Shown here: piece after piece, positions 12,840-25,989 of the stretch | Layout of the letters: each line of letters opens with the position of its first letter | Position numbering within the stretch: position 1 is the stretch's first letter | Origin: Selaginella moellendorffii | Lineage: Eukaryota; Plantae; Lycopodiophyta | NCBI RefSeq assembly: GCF_000143415.4 | Contig: NW_003314266.1 | Location: forward strand, 1,696,463-1,760,462 | Direction: 5' to 3' | DNA length: 64,000 nucleotides | Notes under the pieces: generated by a model | Told to the model about the DNA's origin: nothing | The model's input: only the letters and a program-made list of their open reading frames with translations | Database searches by the model: none | Program-made: the position numbers and the translations under genes

Positions 12840-14250
12840 ATTGTTTACCTATTCGTCTTCTACATTTCTGTCCATTGGTTGTCAAAGAACAATGTCTTTG
12901 GCTTTGTAACAACCATCTCAACAGCACATTACGCTCAATAAACTATAATTTTGATGTTGTTCATTGCCTAAGGAGTTCTATGGCTGATGCTAATGCCCTT
13001 TCTCGAGCTCCTTTTCCTTCTCCACTCTCTTCTCATGTTTTTGACGAGTTTGTTATTCTAGCATCTAAGGATTTTCTAGATGAGGATTCTATGCTGCTAG
13101 TGGTTGCTGTACTTGACGTTCAGTGTCCACAAGGCACAGAGCAAGATCTACCTTCTCTTTAAGAAAATTAAACCGTGGATTTGAAGACTTCGAAATGGGT
13201 TTGAGAATCCTGCATCACTTGCTAATAACTTGCCTTTCCGGCATTTACATTCTCAATATTGCTTTAAATACAACCTTTTTTATTTTGTGAGGACGGATCC
13301 TGATGGTCATTTACAGCTGGTAGTGCCTTCTGTTTTTATTCTGCGGTTTTTCTATACTTATCATGATTCTCCTATTCTATGTGGGCATATAGGACCTTTT
13401 TCACAATTGACTGTTGGCAATGACTTCCTCCTCAATCGAGTGGTGTTTCAGCATTCTTGTCTAGAACAGATTCTTTTGGATAATGGTCCCATATTTATAG
13501 CTGAGGCATTTCACGTTTTGATGTCTCGGTTGGGGATACGCCACATTTTCACAAGTGTTTATCATCCACAATCAGAAAGTCTGGTGGAATGGCTTGTTCT
13601 CACGTTCAAAAGGATGATCACGAAATATGTGAATTTTCAGCATTCTGATTGGGATGGTTATTTGCCATCTCTTTGGTATGCATATGTCACAAAGGTGTAG
13701 AGTTCTGTTAGTGCTTCACCATATAAACTCTTATATGGTTATAATCCAATATTACTAAAGAAGTTGGGTTTACCTGCGATTGCCATAAATTGCTGATACT
13801 AGGTCATGGGATTTGTATTTGACAAGCATTCTTCCACTTGTCCAAGCAGAGTTTACCGAACACTTAGGTCATGTACAAGTAGGACAACAATGACACTACA
13901 ACTTCCATCATCGTTCACTTGTGGAGTATAAAGTGGATGATTTGGTGTTAGTCTGTTTTCCCTATTTTACGGTATATAGTTTGTCTAAGGGGCTCCTTGT
14001 TCAATGAAAAAGACCATATCGAGCGTTGCAGCAAGTTGGACACAAGTTTATGAGGTTCAACATGATGTCAAACAAATCGATCCTCTAGAGATTGTGCATG
14101 TGCAACGGTTGAAACGCTTTATACAAAGGGATCATGAACAATTAATACCACTTACAGATCTGCTAATGCCTCCTCTTGATGTTCTTCCAGATCTCGGCCC
14201 ATTTACAAAAGAACTCTAATAGTCTTTCATTATTTTGAGAGGAGGGAATG
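12840..14250 (+). mobile_element. Decayed Ty3/gypsy pol remnant (end of RNase H plus integrase) with polypurine tract
   Basis: NYNFDVVH..MADANALSR, YHDSPILCGHIG, ILLDNGPIF, TSVYHPQSESLVEW, SPYKLLYG, IVHVQRLKRF. Integrase lies after RNase H. PPT gagaggagggaa at ~14237-14248 followed by TGTGA. Confidence 0.85.
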
Positions 14251-14678
14251 ATGTGAGGGCTAAGTGTATAGTTACAATGCCATATATTAATATTAGCATA
14301 GTGGGATTTGACATCAAATTGATTTAAATCTGGACCACTCGCTCTTATATATAAGTTTGGGTTAATTAATATTCACATTTTCTGTATTCCCTTCCCATAT
14401 TCCATGCACTCATAGTTTATATTTTTGTTTAAAAGTTCCTTGATAAATAAAATATAATCTTATATAACACTTTTTAGTTATAATTCATTTTATGTAAAAA
14501 CATTATATACATATTCTGAATTTCAAACCAACAAAACCTGGTTAACCAAGAGTATAAACATTGAGAAAGGAGATAGCTTTACTTACACGAAAACAATGAT
14601 TTACAAAAATCCATGCATTTGAGAGTTTTTGGCAATAGAAAACACCAGGATGAACAAGGCTAGGGTTTTTTGCAAGTG

Positions 14679-17173
14679 ATGGAGGACGAAGCTGATGGGT
14701 ATAAGCGATTCGCAGCACCAGTGTCATTTTTATGTTTTAGTCTAACCAAGCACTTGAAAAATGCAGGAGCTGCAGCGCATCGAAGCTCAAAGCGCTGTTT
14801 GAGACCGAGCAGCAGAAGCTTCAGGTAAAGAATTTTTTTTTTTGCTCTTAAGTTACGAAAAACAGGTTTTTTCTGTTTTTGTTCTTCGTGTCAGGTTGGC
14901 AATCCAAGTTTTCAATATCAGCCTCCAAAGCTGCAGCCCCGTGTGTCGTTTGCACCATCGTTTTCTAGCCAGGTCTGATTCTTTTCTGGTACTTTGAGCT
15001 ACTGATTTGTGCTTGTGTTTCTTTTCCAGGTCCTCTTCTCCACAGAACTTTCCAACGTTGTTTTCATGCTTCCATCAGGTGAGAATCATGTCGATTTTTT
15101 ACAGTTCTTGAATCTCTTCTTGTTCCATGCAGGGACTGATTGCGTCCAAATAGGTCGTCGACAAGAAAATGTTGGCGATGCTACCATTCAAATCATAAAA
15201 ACAGAGACGCACGACCAACAGGTTTTAGAACCACACTCTAAATCCTCTGGCCATCTCTTTTTCATTTTACCTTTGCAGGACTCACGCATTGTCGTATCCA
15301 ACGCTGCCAAGATTGTCGTTGCGGAGGTGTCTTTCACGGGAATTATAAATATAGTGGTTTGTAGACAGCCCCTTTCCTCGTGTTCGTTCCTTTTCCATGA
15401 GATCTTCCATTCGTTTCTTCCACTGCAGCCCGACGCAAATTGCCGGATTGCCATTGAGACCAGCCAACATATTGTGGAAGCGACATTTCGCAGGTCGGCC
15501 TCTTTCTCTATTTCTTCTCAGTAGAAGCTTGCGACAACATGATAATCTGTAACTTAGCTTTTGTACTCCAGCACAGATACATGGATGGAGTTTGCTAAGG
15601 TTTTTGTTTACGCTCGCTATCACGTACAACACTCTGTGGCACAAGTCTTCCAGGTATCGCTTTCACTTTCAATCGAAGTCTGTATGATTGATGGATTTTT
15701 TTTCAGGATGTGGTATGTCCAAAAGACAATTTCAGGGAGATCGAAGATGGCGATGTGGTGAGTATCACTATTTTTTCCTCTTTTATACTTTGCTCCGGCT
15801 GCTTGAATTCTTGTGATCTAGGTGCAAGTGCTTTGTAAAGTGTTCCTTGCAAAACCGTGGAATGAGTGTTCCACTGGGCTAGTTTTTCATGGAGACACTC
15901 CAGGTTTGCTTTGAAAAATCTCGTGTGTAATCTGGGTTTTTTGTGCCAGAGAAAACTATCAGACTTGAAATCGGTTCGAAAAACTTCACAGGTAAGAATT
16001 GATTGTTTCTTCGTCAATTTTCCATGGAAAGTTTCTTTGTCCAGGACTGGAAGATGGAATCCGAGGAATGCTAAAAGGAGGGAGAAGGCTTCTGATGTTC
16101 AAGGATCATGACGACGAGGTTCACTTTGATTGAGCTCATCGAACTTCGATTGGTTTTTCTTATCTCGTTTCATTCAGGACTCGCTGGCGGCTTTATACGA
16201 TATAACGGTAGCTCGTGTCCGCAAGAGGAAAACCTTGAAGCAGCTGAGTGAAATGGAAAGCTCGAAAGAAATGGAAAGAATTCCCGAAGTTCCTGCCAAT
16301 GACATACAACAGAGCTTTGGAGAGGAGGGGAGCGAAGGGAAAGTGGAAACTGTGACTGACCGTCTGGCTCGCATGACTCGCGCTGGAGCAGCAGTAAATC
16401 TCCATCTTTTTTCGGCTCCAGCTCCAAAACAAGGGAACGAAACTCCGAAACTTGATTCCGACAAGTTGGCTCCAAATCGTACTGGGGACACTGGCGATGA
16501 ATCACGAGTTTTTGTTCAGTCCGGTCCAATACTGACTTGCGAGCACCTCGAGCTCTTACGGGAAATCAAGTATTCACAGGTACGTAATTGGAATCAAACT
16601 TGAGCGAGCTTACCATTTTCTTCTTCTTGTATTGTACGTAGGCAAACATGTCCGAGTCATTCGCGTCATTTTCTTCGAGACTCGACCAGCTTGTAAACTC
16701 GAAATCACGAGACTTTGAGCGGCGAGTGATTCCGGAGACGGAGCTCGTGGACGAGGAAAGCAACTCAGAAGAAGACAATCTGGTGGAGTCGATTGCGAGA
16801 ATGATCGCCGAAAACAGAGAGCTCAAAAGACGCTTGGAGTCTTCCAAAGGTAGTCTAGTCTTTCACCTTTCTTCTCTCTTGTTCTTGAACAGTGTCGATG
16901 TAGGACCACGAAAGATCAAACAGCCAAGTCGTGAATCCAACGGAGAACTCCAAGGATTGGAAGACCAAGTTCAGCAGATCCTACACCGGATTTCCCTGTA
17001 AGAAATCTCTTCTACTCCACATCCAAAAACACTTTTTTTCTTGCAGAGACATGGAAATCGAAATGACCAACAGCCGTCTTCAAGCCGATACCAAAGCCAG
17101 CCTTTTGAGCTCCTTGCAGCAAAAACTAGACGCGGCGACAGCATCCATCCTGGAGATCGTAAACCAAAGCTAG
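14679..17173 (+). CDS. FKBP15/WAFL-like protein (N-terminal motif, WH1/PH-like region, degenerate FKBP domain, coiled coil); about 15-16 exons
   Basis: Hand-spliced: MEDEADG/SCSASKLKALFETEQQKLQ/VGNPSFQYQPPKLQP...VEATFR/STDTWMEFAKVFVYARYH...EIEDGDV/VQVLCKVF...GLVFHG..EKTIRLEIGSKNFTG/LEDGIRGMLKGGRRLLMF.../..LYDITVARVRK...DRLARMTRAG...coiled coil. First exons 14679-14698, 14767-14824, 14895-14972. Confidence 0.75.
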
Positions 17174-18150
17174 CAAGAGGAAGTTCTCAAAAACGAAGGC
17201 AATCTAGTTTCTCCTCTCGTCGTGCACGGAAGATGAGGTAAGCATTACATACTTTACTCGAAGGCAATTCTCGCAGAATCGGCAGGACTTAACCCGTACG
17301 AAGAAATCACTCTAAAGAGACACCACTCTCTTAGTCCGGGGTGGAATTTTACCGGGACAAGGTGGTGGAATTCGCACTAAGATCATGTTAAGCACGCATT
17401 GGAAGTAACAAGGGTGTCGACATAAAGGAACCAAAGTGTCGACACCCATGACAACATCCAATTCTCTCGAGTTTGTGACGATCGCTATCAGTGACTACAC
17501 ACTCTCCACACAAATGGAGCCATTCTCTACTTTAAAAAGCTCTCTCCTCGTGGGACGCTTTGGTGGAACTTGGCATCCGGAGCACGAAGAGTTAAAAAAA
17601 ACCATAGTGACGATTAGACGAAGGACATTAGTTATATTCTACTCCCAACATCCCGGAGTGTCGCTATCGTCTTCTCGTTACGAATCCCGGCCGTCCGTGG
17701 CTTGTAACGCCCAGGCGCTGGTGGCAGTCCATCTCCTGGACTTTCCGCCCCGTAATGCTGGAGCTGTCGTACACTGGCCAAGAGGAATGGGCGCTCCTAT
17801 ATAAAGTGGCCTGGCCGTTCAGTCATGGGAATGTGAAGGCCGCATTAGATTGAAAGAGCGGCCTAGGGTTTTATTCGCGCAGTGGCACGGATCGGTCGAT
17901 CGAGGCGCTGGCTGGCGGCGCGACTCTTCTCCAGGTCTGGGATCCTGCTTGTCCGATTCCGGTCTGGAAATTTCATCATATTTTAGATTCTGGCAGCTTT
18001 CTGGTGTTCGCTGTCTGGATCCTTTTTTTTTAGTTCTCTTTGTGTGGTAGCAGTGTCCTACATTCTGGATTTGTGTCCTTTTCTTCCTCACTGGAGTGTG
18101 CTATAAGCCTGATTGGTGTTCTTCTTTCTTTTCCTGACTAGATTCATGGA

Positions 18151-21095
18151 ATGCACAAGCTGAGCCTTCTCACCAGGACGATTCCGATCTCTATTCCTTC
18201 CAGATTGGTGTCGAGGAATTTCCACTCCGGATTGAAGCCTCTGTTCTCAAGGCCTCGGTCAAACAAGCCGGCGTTGTGCACCAGGAGTGTTGGAACTATG
18301 GGATCACTCGCAGAGACGGATGTGCTGTTCTACCCGGATGTTCGTCGCGATGAATCCGTCGCTGATGATTACCATGGAGTTCGTGTTGCTGATCCTTACC
18401 GATGGTACTCTTGTCTCTTGGCCATTTCCTTTTATCAGTTTTTTTCTTCTTTCTTTTCAGGCTGGAGGATCCAGACGCGGAGGAAGTGAAAGCTTTCGTA
18501 GCCGAGCAAGTGAAACTCATGGACACGGTTTTGCAGTCCTGTGATGTTCGGCAGAAAATGAACAACAAGATCACCGAGCTCTTCGACTACCCCAAGTTTG
18601 AGTGCCCGTTCAAAAGGGGAGACAAATACTTCTACTTTCACAACAAAGGCCTACAGCCACAAAGCGTGTTGTACGCACAGGTAGTTTGGAAATCATTTGG
18701 TATCCCGGTTTTTAAGTTTTCGTGCCGCAGGATTCCTTGGATGGTGAACCGGAGGTTATTCTTGATCCTAATGAACTTAGCGAGGATGGAACTGTGGCGC
18801 TATCAGTCTATTCCTTCAGTGAAAATGCGGAATTTCTAGCTTTTGGTTTGAGTGCCAGTGGTAGTGACTGGGTTACCATCAAGGTTCTTCGTGTTGCTAC
18901 TAAGGCTCTCGAGCCTGACGTATTGTGCTGGGTAAATTGAGCTTTTGCTTCTCGTGACAACTTCCAGTCTAATTGTTTGTATATCCAGGTCAAGTTTTCA
19001 AGTATTGCCTGGACACATGATCATAAAGGTTTCTTCTATTGTCGATATCCGACTCCCATGTAAGTTTTAAGTTGATGGATTTTCTTGCAATTGGTCTTAA
19101 ATGTGCGAGTTTCGCAGAAAGGATGCGGATGCTGGAACTGAAACAGATCTTAATCTTTCTCAGGAGGTTTACTATCACTTTCTAGGAACTGATCAATCGG
19201 AAGACATATTGTGCTGGAAAGACTCTGACAATCCCAAGTGGATGTTTGGAGCTGAAGTTACTGATGATGGCAAGGTGAGAGGTGTTTTTTTTTGCTCTTC
19301 GTTTGGTTTTTATTTTCTTCTCCTTTTTTTTTCAGTACCTTGTGCTTTCGATCGAAGAAGGATGCGATCCCGTAAACAGGCTTTATCTTTGTGAACTCGA
19401 CTCACTGCCAAATGGACTACAGGGATGGAAAGGCAAGGATGAGTTGCTACCGTTTGAGAGGCTTGTGGATAAGTTTGACGCAAAGTATGAGGTGATTGCG
19501 AACGACGGCAATGTCTTCACATTTCGGACAAACAAAAATGCGCCACGATACAAAGTAACGCGGGTGGACACCAGGAATCCGGAAACATGGACAGACATTA
19601 TTGCCGAGTCAGCGAAGGATGTTTTGGACTCAGCGCAGTGTGTGAACCACCAGCAATTGGTAGTATCGTATCTCAGCGACGTAAAGCATGTGCTTGAGGT
19701 TCGAGATTTGGAACATGGCACGCTATTGAGAACTCTTCCTCTGGATATTGGAACGGTTTCAGGGATTTCTGGACGAAGAAAAGATGCGGAGATCTTCTAT
19801 GGTTTCACAAGCTTCCTTACGCCTGGGGTCATCTATCGCTGTGACTTATCCGAGGACTCGGAGCCTACTGTTTTCAAAGAAACCAGTGTGAAAGGTTTCG
19901 ACAGAACCAGATTCGAGACGAAACAGGCAAAATCTTAACTACTGAGTTAAAAATCTCTGACGCTTGTTTTGCAGGTATTCGTCCCCAGCAAAGACGGTAC
20001 AAAAGTTCCCATGTTTATTGTTGCCAAGAAAAGTATTGCGCTCGATGGCAAACATCCGGCATTGCTCTATGGCTATGGAGGTTTTAACATCAGCATAACC
20101 CCGTCCTTCAGTGCTTCAAGGATAGTTCTTATTCAGCACTGCGGGGTCATTTTCGCGATTGCTAACATCAGAGGTGGTGGTGAATACGGCGAAGAGTGGC
20201 ACAGAGCTGGTTCTCTTGGCAACAAGCAGAACTGTTTTGACGATTTCCAAGCATGCTCCGAGTATTTGATCAAAGAAGGCTACACTCAACCAAGAAAGCT
20301 TGGTATCGAGGGAGGAAGCAATGGTGGCCTTCTTGTAGCGGCATGCATCAACCAGGTCTACCTTTTCTTTTAATCAAATTTGCGAGCTAAAACTCCCTAC
20401 TGTTTGCAGAGGCCTGATCTCTATGGATGTGCTCTTGCTCATGTAGGTGTTATGGACATGCTAAGGTTCCACAAGTTTACAATCGGTGAGCTCCTTTAGT
20501 TTCTCTCACGCATCGGACGCGTCTTACTCTCTTGATTCGCAGGTCATGCCTGGACAACGGACTATGGCTGCTCTGAGAAAGAAGAGGAGTTCAAGTGGTT
20601 GATCAAGTAAGCTCCTCCCTCATTCTCACTCTACTAGAACTCACTGCTCTCTCTTTGCAAATTCTAGATACTCTCCTCTTCATAACGTTTTGAGACCCTG
20701 GGAGAAGCCTGATGGCCTTGGTGTTCAGTATCCACCAACGATGCTCTTAACCGCAGACCATGACGATCGAGTTGTGCCACTCCACACTCTAAAACTCCTT
20801 GCAGTACGTTGAAGTTTTTCTGCGCTTCCAAGTTCTAACCATCGAGTCCACAGACATTGCAGCATGTACTCGTCAAATCCTCCAAATCAAGCAACCAGAC
20901 GAATCCAATCGTAGCTCGCATCGACACAAAGGCCGGGCATGGAGCTGGCCGTCCCACCAAGAAAATGGTACGCGTTCTTCCTTCTCCTCCTTTCGAAGCT
21001 AACTTTTTCGTTTCGATCCAACTCCACAGATTGACGAGGCTGCCGATCGATTGTCATTCTTCGTTAAGATGACTGGCGCGGAGTGGACAGAGTAG
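18151..21095 (+). CDS. Prolyl oligopeptidase (S9A), multi-exon
   Basis: [28 protein letters not shown]; catalytic [15 protein letters not shown] and AGHGAG; stop TAG at 21093-21095. Second in-frame ATG at 18298 (MGSL). Confidence 0.95.
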
Positions 21096-21371
21096 CGATC
21101 CAGTTTTTCCATCTTTATTTCCCGTTCTTTTTTTGTTCCTATTTCTCTATATTTATGCTCATCACTGCAAGTTATATCCGAAGGAAGTAACTGTATCGAT
21201 GATAGAAATTTTTTTTTTAAAAATAGATTTGTCTTTTATTGCGTCGTGCAAAGTGGCAACGACGGGTGGCATCAAAATAAACTTCCAGCACCGACATATT
21301 CAGGTCGCGAGGGAGTTGTTTTTATAGCCTGGATTGGGAAAAATTAGGAATAGACGTCCGTGCGAAAGGGA

Positions 21372-22530
21372 ATGGAGCGTTCCTCTCAAATCCTACTGGT
21401 ACTACTTTCCCTCTCCAGTAAGGCCATTTGTTCGATTATTCTTGGATGTTTGCAAACAATACTACTATAACGATTTTATTCTTTGCAGCTCTTATTTCTT
21501 CGTCCTTTGAGGTTGATGTTGTGGAGCACCCCGTGCTCTTCAAGATGCCTGGCCTTGCAAGGGATCCAAAAAGCGAGGCTTTGATTCTCAACAATCTCAA
21601 CAGCCTTGGCACCATTCCAAATGTCACACTCCTTTTAACTGGTATCTCCCTTGTTATCTTATATTTTCTTCCCTGAATCAAATGCTTTGAAAAAGGTCGG
21701 CTTTTGAGGCCCGGGAATGGCTACACGCATGGTCTCTTTTCTCGTTTTCTCACCACTCAAGCTTTGGAAAACTACTACACTAGCAATTTCTTCCAGACCG
21801 CCATTCAGCCGATGATGCCGTTTCTCAAGGTATCTTGTTTTTGTTTATCTGTTTGATTCTCATCGGATATGCAGGGTGAGGATTCAGTTGATTACAGTTC
21901 GCCTCTCGAGCATGTAGATCCTGCAAAGGTATGTGGGAAGATTCTCTATTCTGTCTAGAAAGGAAGCTCTTTTTATTTGTTTCTTTGTTTGTACCAAGCA
22001 GAAGTTTAAAGGCGAGGTCGTCCACGTCTGTTTCTTCGAGCTCAAAGCGAATGTCATGCAAAACGAAACTCAATCTTTGATCTCGAAACTCAAAAATCTA
22101 GCTAATGCGATGCCCTCCACCGTATTACAAGTAACATCTGGTACGTAATTCATTCTTCCTCAAGAGAATAGAAACTAATTTCGCGCTCTTTGAGAAACTA
22201 GGCTCTAACATCAAGATCCGCCCCGATTATCTTGTGTTTTCCCATTCTTTTGTCGCTCGTTTGGCCTCAGGTATGATCCAAGACTTCTCATTGCATTACC
22301 GTTGTCTAAATTGACTTTCTTGTTCAATTCGTAGAATCTGCCGTGAAGAACTTCTATGGTCATCCTTCTTATAAAGAGGTGAAACATTTTTAGTTTTTAA
22401 TCCGTTGTGAACTCACAGATTATCATATGATATGATACAATAGGTTGTGGCTGAAATCAAACAATCGAGCACGCTTTTCGTTGAAGCCGATTTTGTTCCA
22501 GTGGATTATCATTCACTCGGGTCAATGTAA
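21372..22530 (+). CDS. Stress-responsive A/B barrel (twin Dabb domain) protein with a signal-peptide-like N-terminus
   Basis: MERSSQILLVLLSLS/TLISSS; Dabb1 VVEHPVLFK..GYTHGLFSRF; Dabb2 VVHVCFFELK..QVTSGSN..FSHSFVARL..FYGHPSY; stop at 22528-22530. Confidence 0.75.
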
Positions 22531-23245
22531 AACATCTTTGCAATAAGAAAGCTCATCAAATCAAGCAAAGGCTGGACTGGAAACTATTTTAGTCTTATCA
22601 GCGTGAGACATGCTTTTGTGTGGACTGGAAGAGTCCTACTCTTGTAAAGAATAGTATTATGTTTGCAAGGACAATGGATCCAAGAACCAAGTACGTATTT
22701 CTTCGTTTTTGTTTTCTATCACTATGGTCGCCAGTCCAAGAGCTCGGTCAGGCCCTACAGCCCTGTTCCTGCTAGCAAGGAGCCACCTGAAAGCTTCGCT
22801 CGCAACAAAGATATAAGTCAATACAAGTCAATTCTCTGTGATCATGCCTAGGAATCCACTAGTGTTGGTTGTCGCACGAGAGTTTTTTATATCTTAATCT
22901 TGCAGTACAAAGTTCTAGCAACTAAATTCCTCTCTTAAATCCCAGATGCATGGCTTTAGATATTTGTGACGCGCGCCCCTCTGGTACTTTTCGGACAGTC
23001 CCCCGGGTCAAGACGGCACAAGCATCAACCCTAAAACATCCTAGTAAAAGTCTTTTGTACAGCCAAAGACTCTAGTCTTTGATTTTTCTCAAGATTTAGA
23101 GTACCATAGCGGAGCACGTCTCCAATCCGCGTTCGGGACACGGACAAAAAAGTGGTCTTCGTAGAAAGAGAACTCCATGGCTAAATACCCAACTCCCTTG
23201 GAAGAAATTCAAAAAGAAAAACCGCAAAGATAGGGAGCTAAAGCT

Positions 23246-24222
23246 ATGCGGCATTCTTCCGATTCCTGTTACTTCAATCTTCCCGGCTTTCGATTCAATC
23301 CCACCGAGGAGGAGCTTGTCAGTTTCTATCTCGAGTACAAGGTCCGAGGCAAGTTGAATCTCCCCCCGGGCGTGATCTTAGATGTGGACTTTTATCATCA
23401 CGATCCATGGGAGCTCTCTGGTATCCCTGTTTATACGCAATGTTCTTGGTTCTCATTCTCAAGGCTGCTTTGGTTTCTTCTAGATATGATTCCAAGCGAG
23501 AACACCAAGTTGTTCTACTTCTTCGTGCCGAGAGACCGCAAGTATCCCGATGGATCGCGTCCCAGGCGAGTGGCAAGATCCGGCTACTGGAAAGCCACTG
23601 GAACCGATCATAAAGTCTTCGATTTAAGAGGCAAATGGATTGGCAAGAAGAAGACTCTGGTTTTCTACCAAGGCCGAGCTCCCAAAGGAAACAAGACCAA
23701 CTGGGTGATGAACGAATTCAGGCTTCCCTGGACTGATTATCCAAACTCCATTGCCAAAGTTGGTTCTTTTATCCCTCTTCTTTCGGCCTCGTTTTCACAG
23801 AGGGTGTGTTTCTTTTCCAGGAGGAATTCGATGTCACCTTGTGCCGGATGTATCAGAAGAGCAGCTCTTCACGACCCCCGACGAGATTCTCCACCAGGAG
23901 CTCCAAAGTCTGTGACCTTCTACTCAGTGCTCCTTCCTTGGAGGATGAGAAACCAAACTCAGTGCCATCCCCGGACGATGAAAGATCGGGGGAGAGCTTG
24001 CTGGATAGTGATGCTGCCACTGGAGAAATCTCCGAACTCCTCATGGACTGGAGCAATGTGGAGGAGGTTCTTTTTCCAGAGTTCAACCTCAAGGTGGAAA
24101 CTCACAACCTTGCCCCGTCGTCGTCTGCTTGGCCACTGGAATTCTCTCCTGGGATTCTGGTAACTCCCACCTCCATCGCTGGACACTGCCTCTGGGAAAA
24201 TCAAAGTGAGAAAAACCACTAA
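23246..24222 (+). CDS. NAC-domain transcription factor, 3 exons
   Basis: LPGFRFNPTEEELVSFYL, DPWEL, YFFVPRDRKYPDGSR, GYWKATG, KKTLVFYQGRAPKGNKTNWVMNEFRL, LCRMY. Confidence 0.95.
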
Positions 24223-24659
24223 AACCTCATGCAAGAACGTTTAGTCATGTCACGTGTCACGGATCTCGTCAATGCTCGAGGCGTCTTATTCAACTATACG
24301 GAGTCAAGGTGTTATTTAAATAAAAAATCGTTCAACCGCAAGATAAACGTGTCACGTAAACTTCATAGAAAGAAAAGCGAAATTGAGCTCGATGGTTCCT
24401 GGAAAGAATAAATCGGAAGACGATTTTGTACGATAAAGCAACCAAGAGAAAAAAAAAAGAGAGAGAAGCCCAAACACGTAAGCTCGCTTATTACGAAGAA
24501 TGCTCAAGTGATGCTAAACCATAAACCCGGTTTGAGCGTCCAATCCTTCTCTGTCTAAATTCCTCAACCGAGAGGCAAACGCGAGGGGCAAACGCGGCAG
24601 GCCGGAAAATCGCATCACTTGCGTCAACTGGCCTCGAGCTGATCACTCCAACAGGACCT

Positions 24660-25827
24660 TCAGAAGGCCACAGACTGTAGCGGTCTGGAAGTCACATCCA
24701 GTCGCAAGTCCCCGGGATCAATTTTGGAACATTGAGAGACTTTTGTGGCAATATAAGACATGAACGCGTCTGGAGTCCATTGCTGGGAGAAACCATTGGA
24801 CTCCGGGATGGTAAAGCTGACAAAATCCAGAAGGCGTGTATCAGTATCAAGAAGAAGAAACTTCCAAAACTATAAGCATTTATATAAAAAAAAAACCTCA
24901 AGATTTCTTCCACTGGTTCATGCGGTCTCCACGCCAAGACTTTCTCTGGACTAGTCGTCGAGCAAGTCAAGAGTTTGTTTTTTCCTTCCCTGGAATAAAA
25001 TGTGTGCTTACTTGAGCAAGAGAAGCTTGTATAAACACAAGTGGACCGATGATAAGCACCGCGATGCTTGAGAAGCCTTGTCTTTAGAGAACACGTAAAT
25101 CACTGGATATCCAAGCAGCCATCTTCGCGAGTAACTTCGTTTTGTTTAGCTTTGAGAAAAGAGAGAACGAAGAACTTACCCGTTGCACGTAGGAATGGAG
25201 ATATCCAGCTCCGATAGACCGTGATTAAAATCAATGAGCGAGCACTCACGAGATTCTTCCGCGAGGGACTGTGACAAACGAGCCTGCAATCGTCTGAGAG
25301 TGGCTTTCACTGACTGTTCTTCAAGCTGTGTGGCCACCTGGGAGCTACAAAGAATCAAAAGCTTTGTTCTTTCGGGAAAAAAAACATACCCGAGCAGGAC
25401 CATCGTCCAGGATTATAAAGCTCAGCCAGCTCTCGTCGCCCAGGGAGCTTTCCATGTACTCTTCCAGATTAGCTGCGTGGAGAAAGTAGATCATGGATTC
25501 GTCCATGGACATGAGTCTCCATCCTTTGAAAGCCTGGAAGTTGTTTTGCGAGGAATGAAGCAACGAAGAAATCTTTGCAAACCTCGCACACGGAGTTTAC
25601 TAGAGAGGTCAGCAGCTGGAGAAGATTTGCGCTGTAAGGCAAGTAATCGATCATGACAAGAGGTCTCACTCCCACGAGGACGAAGAAAAGATCTAGCAGA
25701 GTTTAATCAAATTCCACTCTAGCACCTCGTTTTATTCCATACCTCGAGCGAGACAATGGCAATGCCGTGCTTTGAGCCGCCAGCCCAGCTTCTTGGCTGC
25801 GGCTATCACCGCTTCCTCGATCTCCAT
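24660..25827 (-). CDS. DUF4504 / UPF0739 (C1orf74-like) protein, multi-exon
   Basis: MEIEEAVIAAAKKLGW../DLFFVLVGVRPLVMIDY...ISIPTCNG/WLLGYPVIY...SVAF*. Confidence 0.7.
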
Positions 25828-25989
25828 GAGATTTCTAGGGCTTAAAACATCACCAAAGTTTTAAATCCCAAGCATGCAAAATCCGTTTTTTTTTTTTTTT
25901 TTTGCCAGAAAAAAAATGCGATGACAACTAGGAACTTTGGCCGAACTTTAGGAAAAATGTAATGACAAGTTCGATGTTTCCATATCAAT

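Noticed and set aside
18151-22530. Prolyl oligopeptidase next to a Dabb protein as a cyclic-peptide or polyketide cyclase cluster
   Set aside because: The peptidase looks like the ordinary housekeeping enzyme, and no precursor peptide or PKS is visible nearby.
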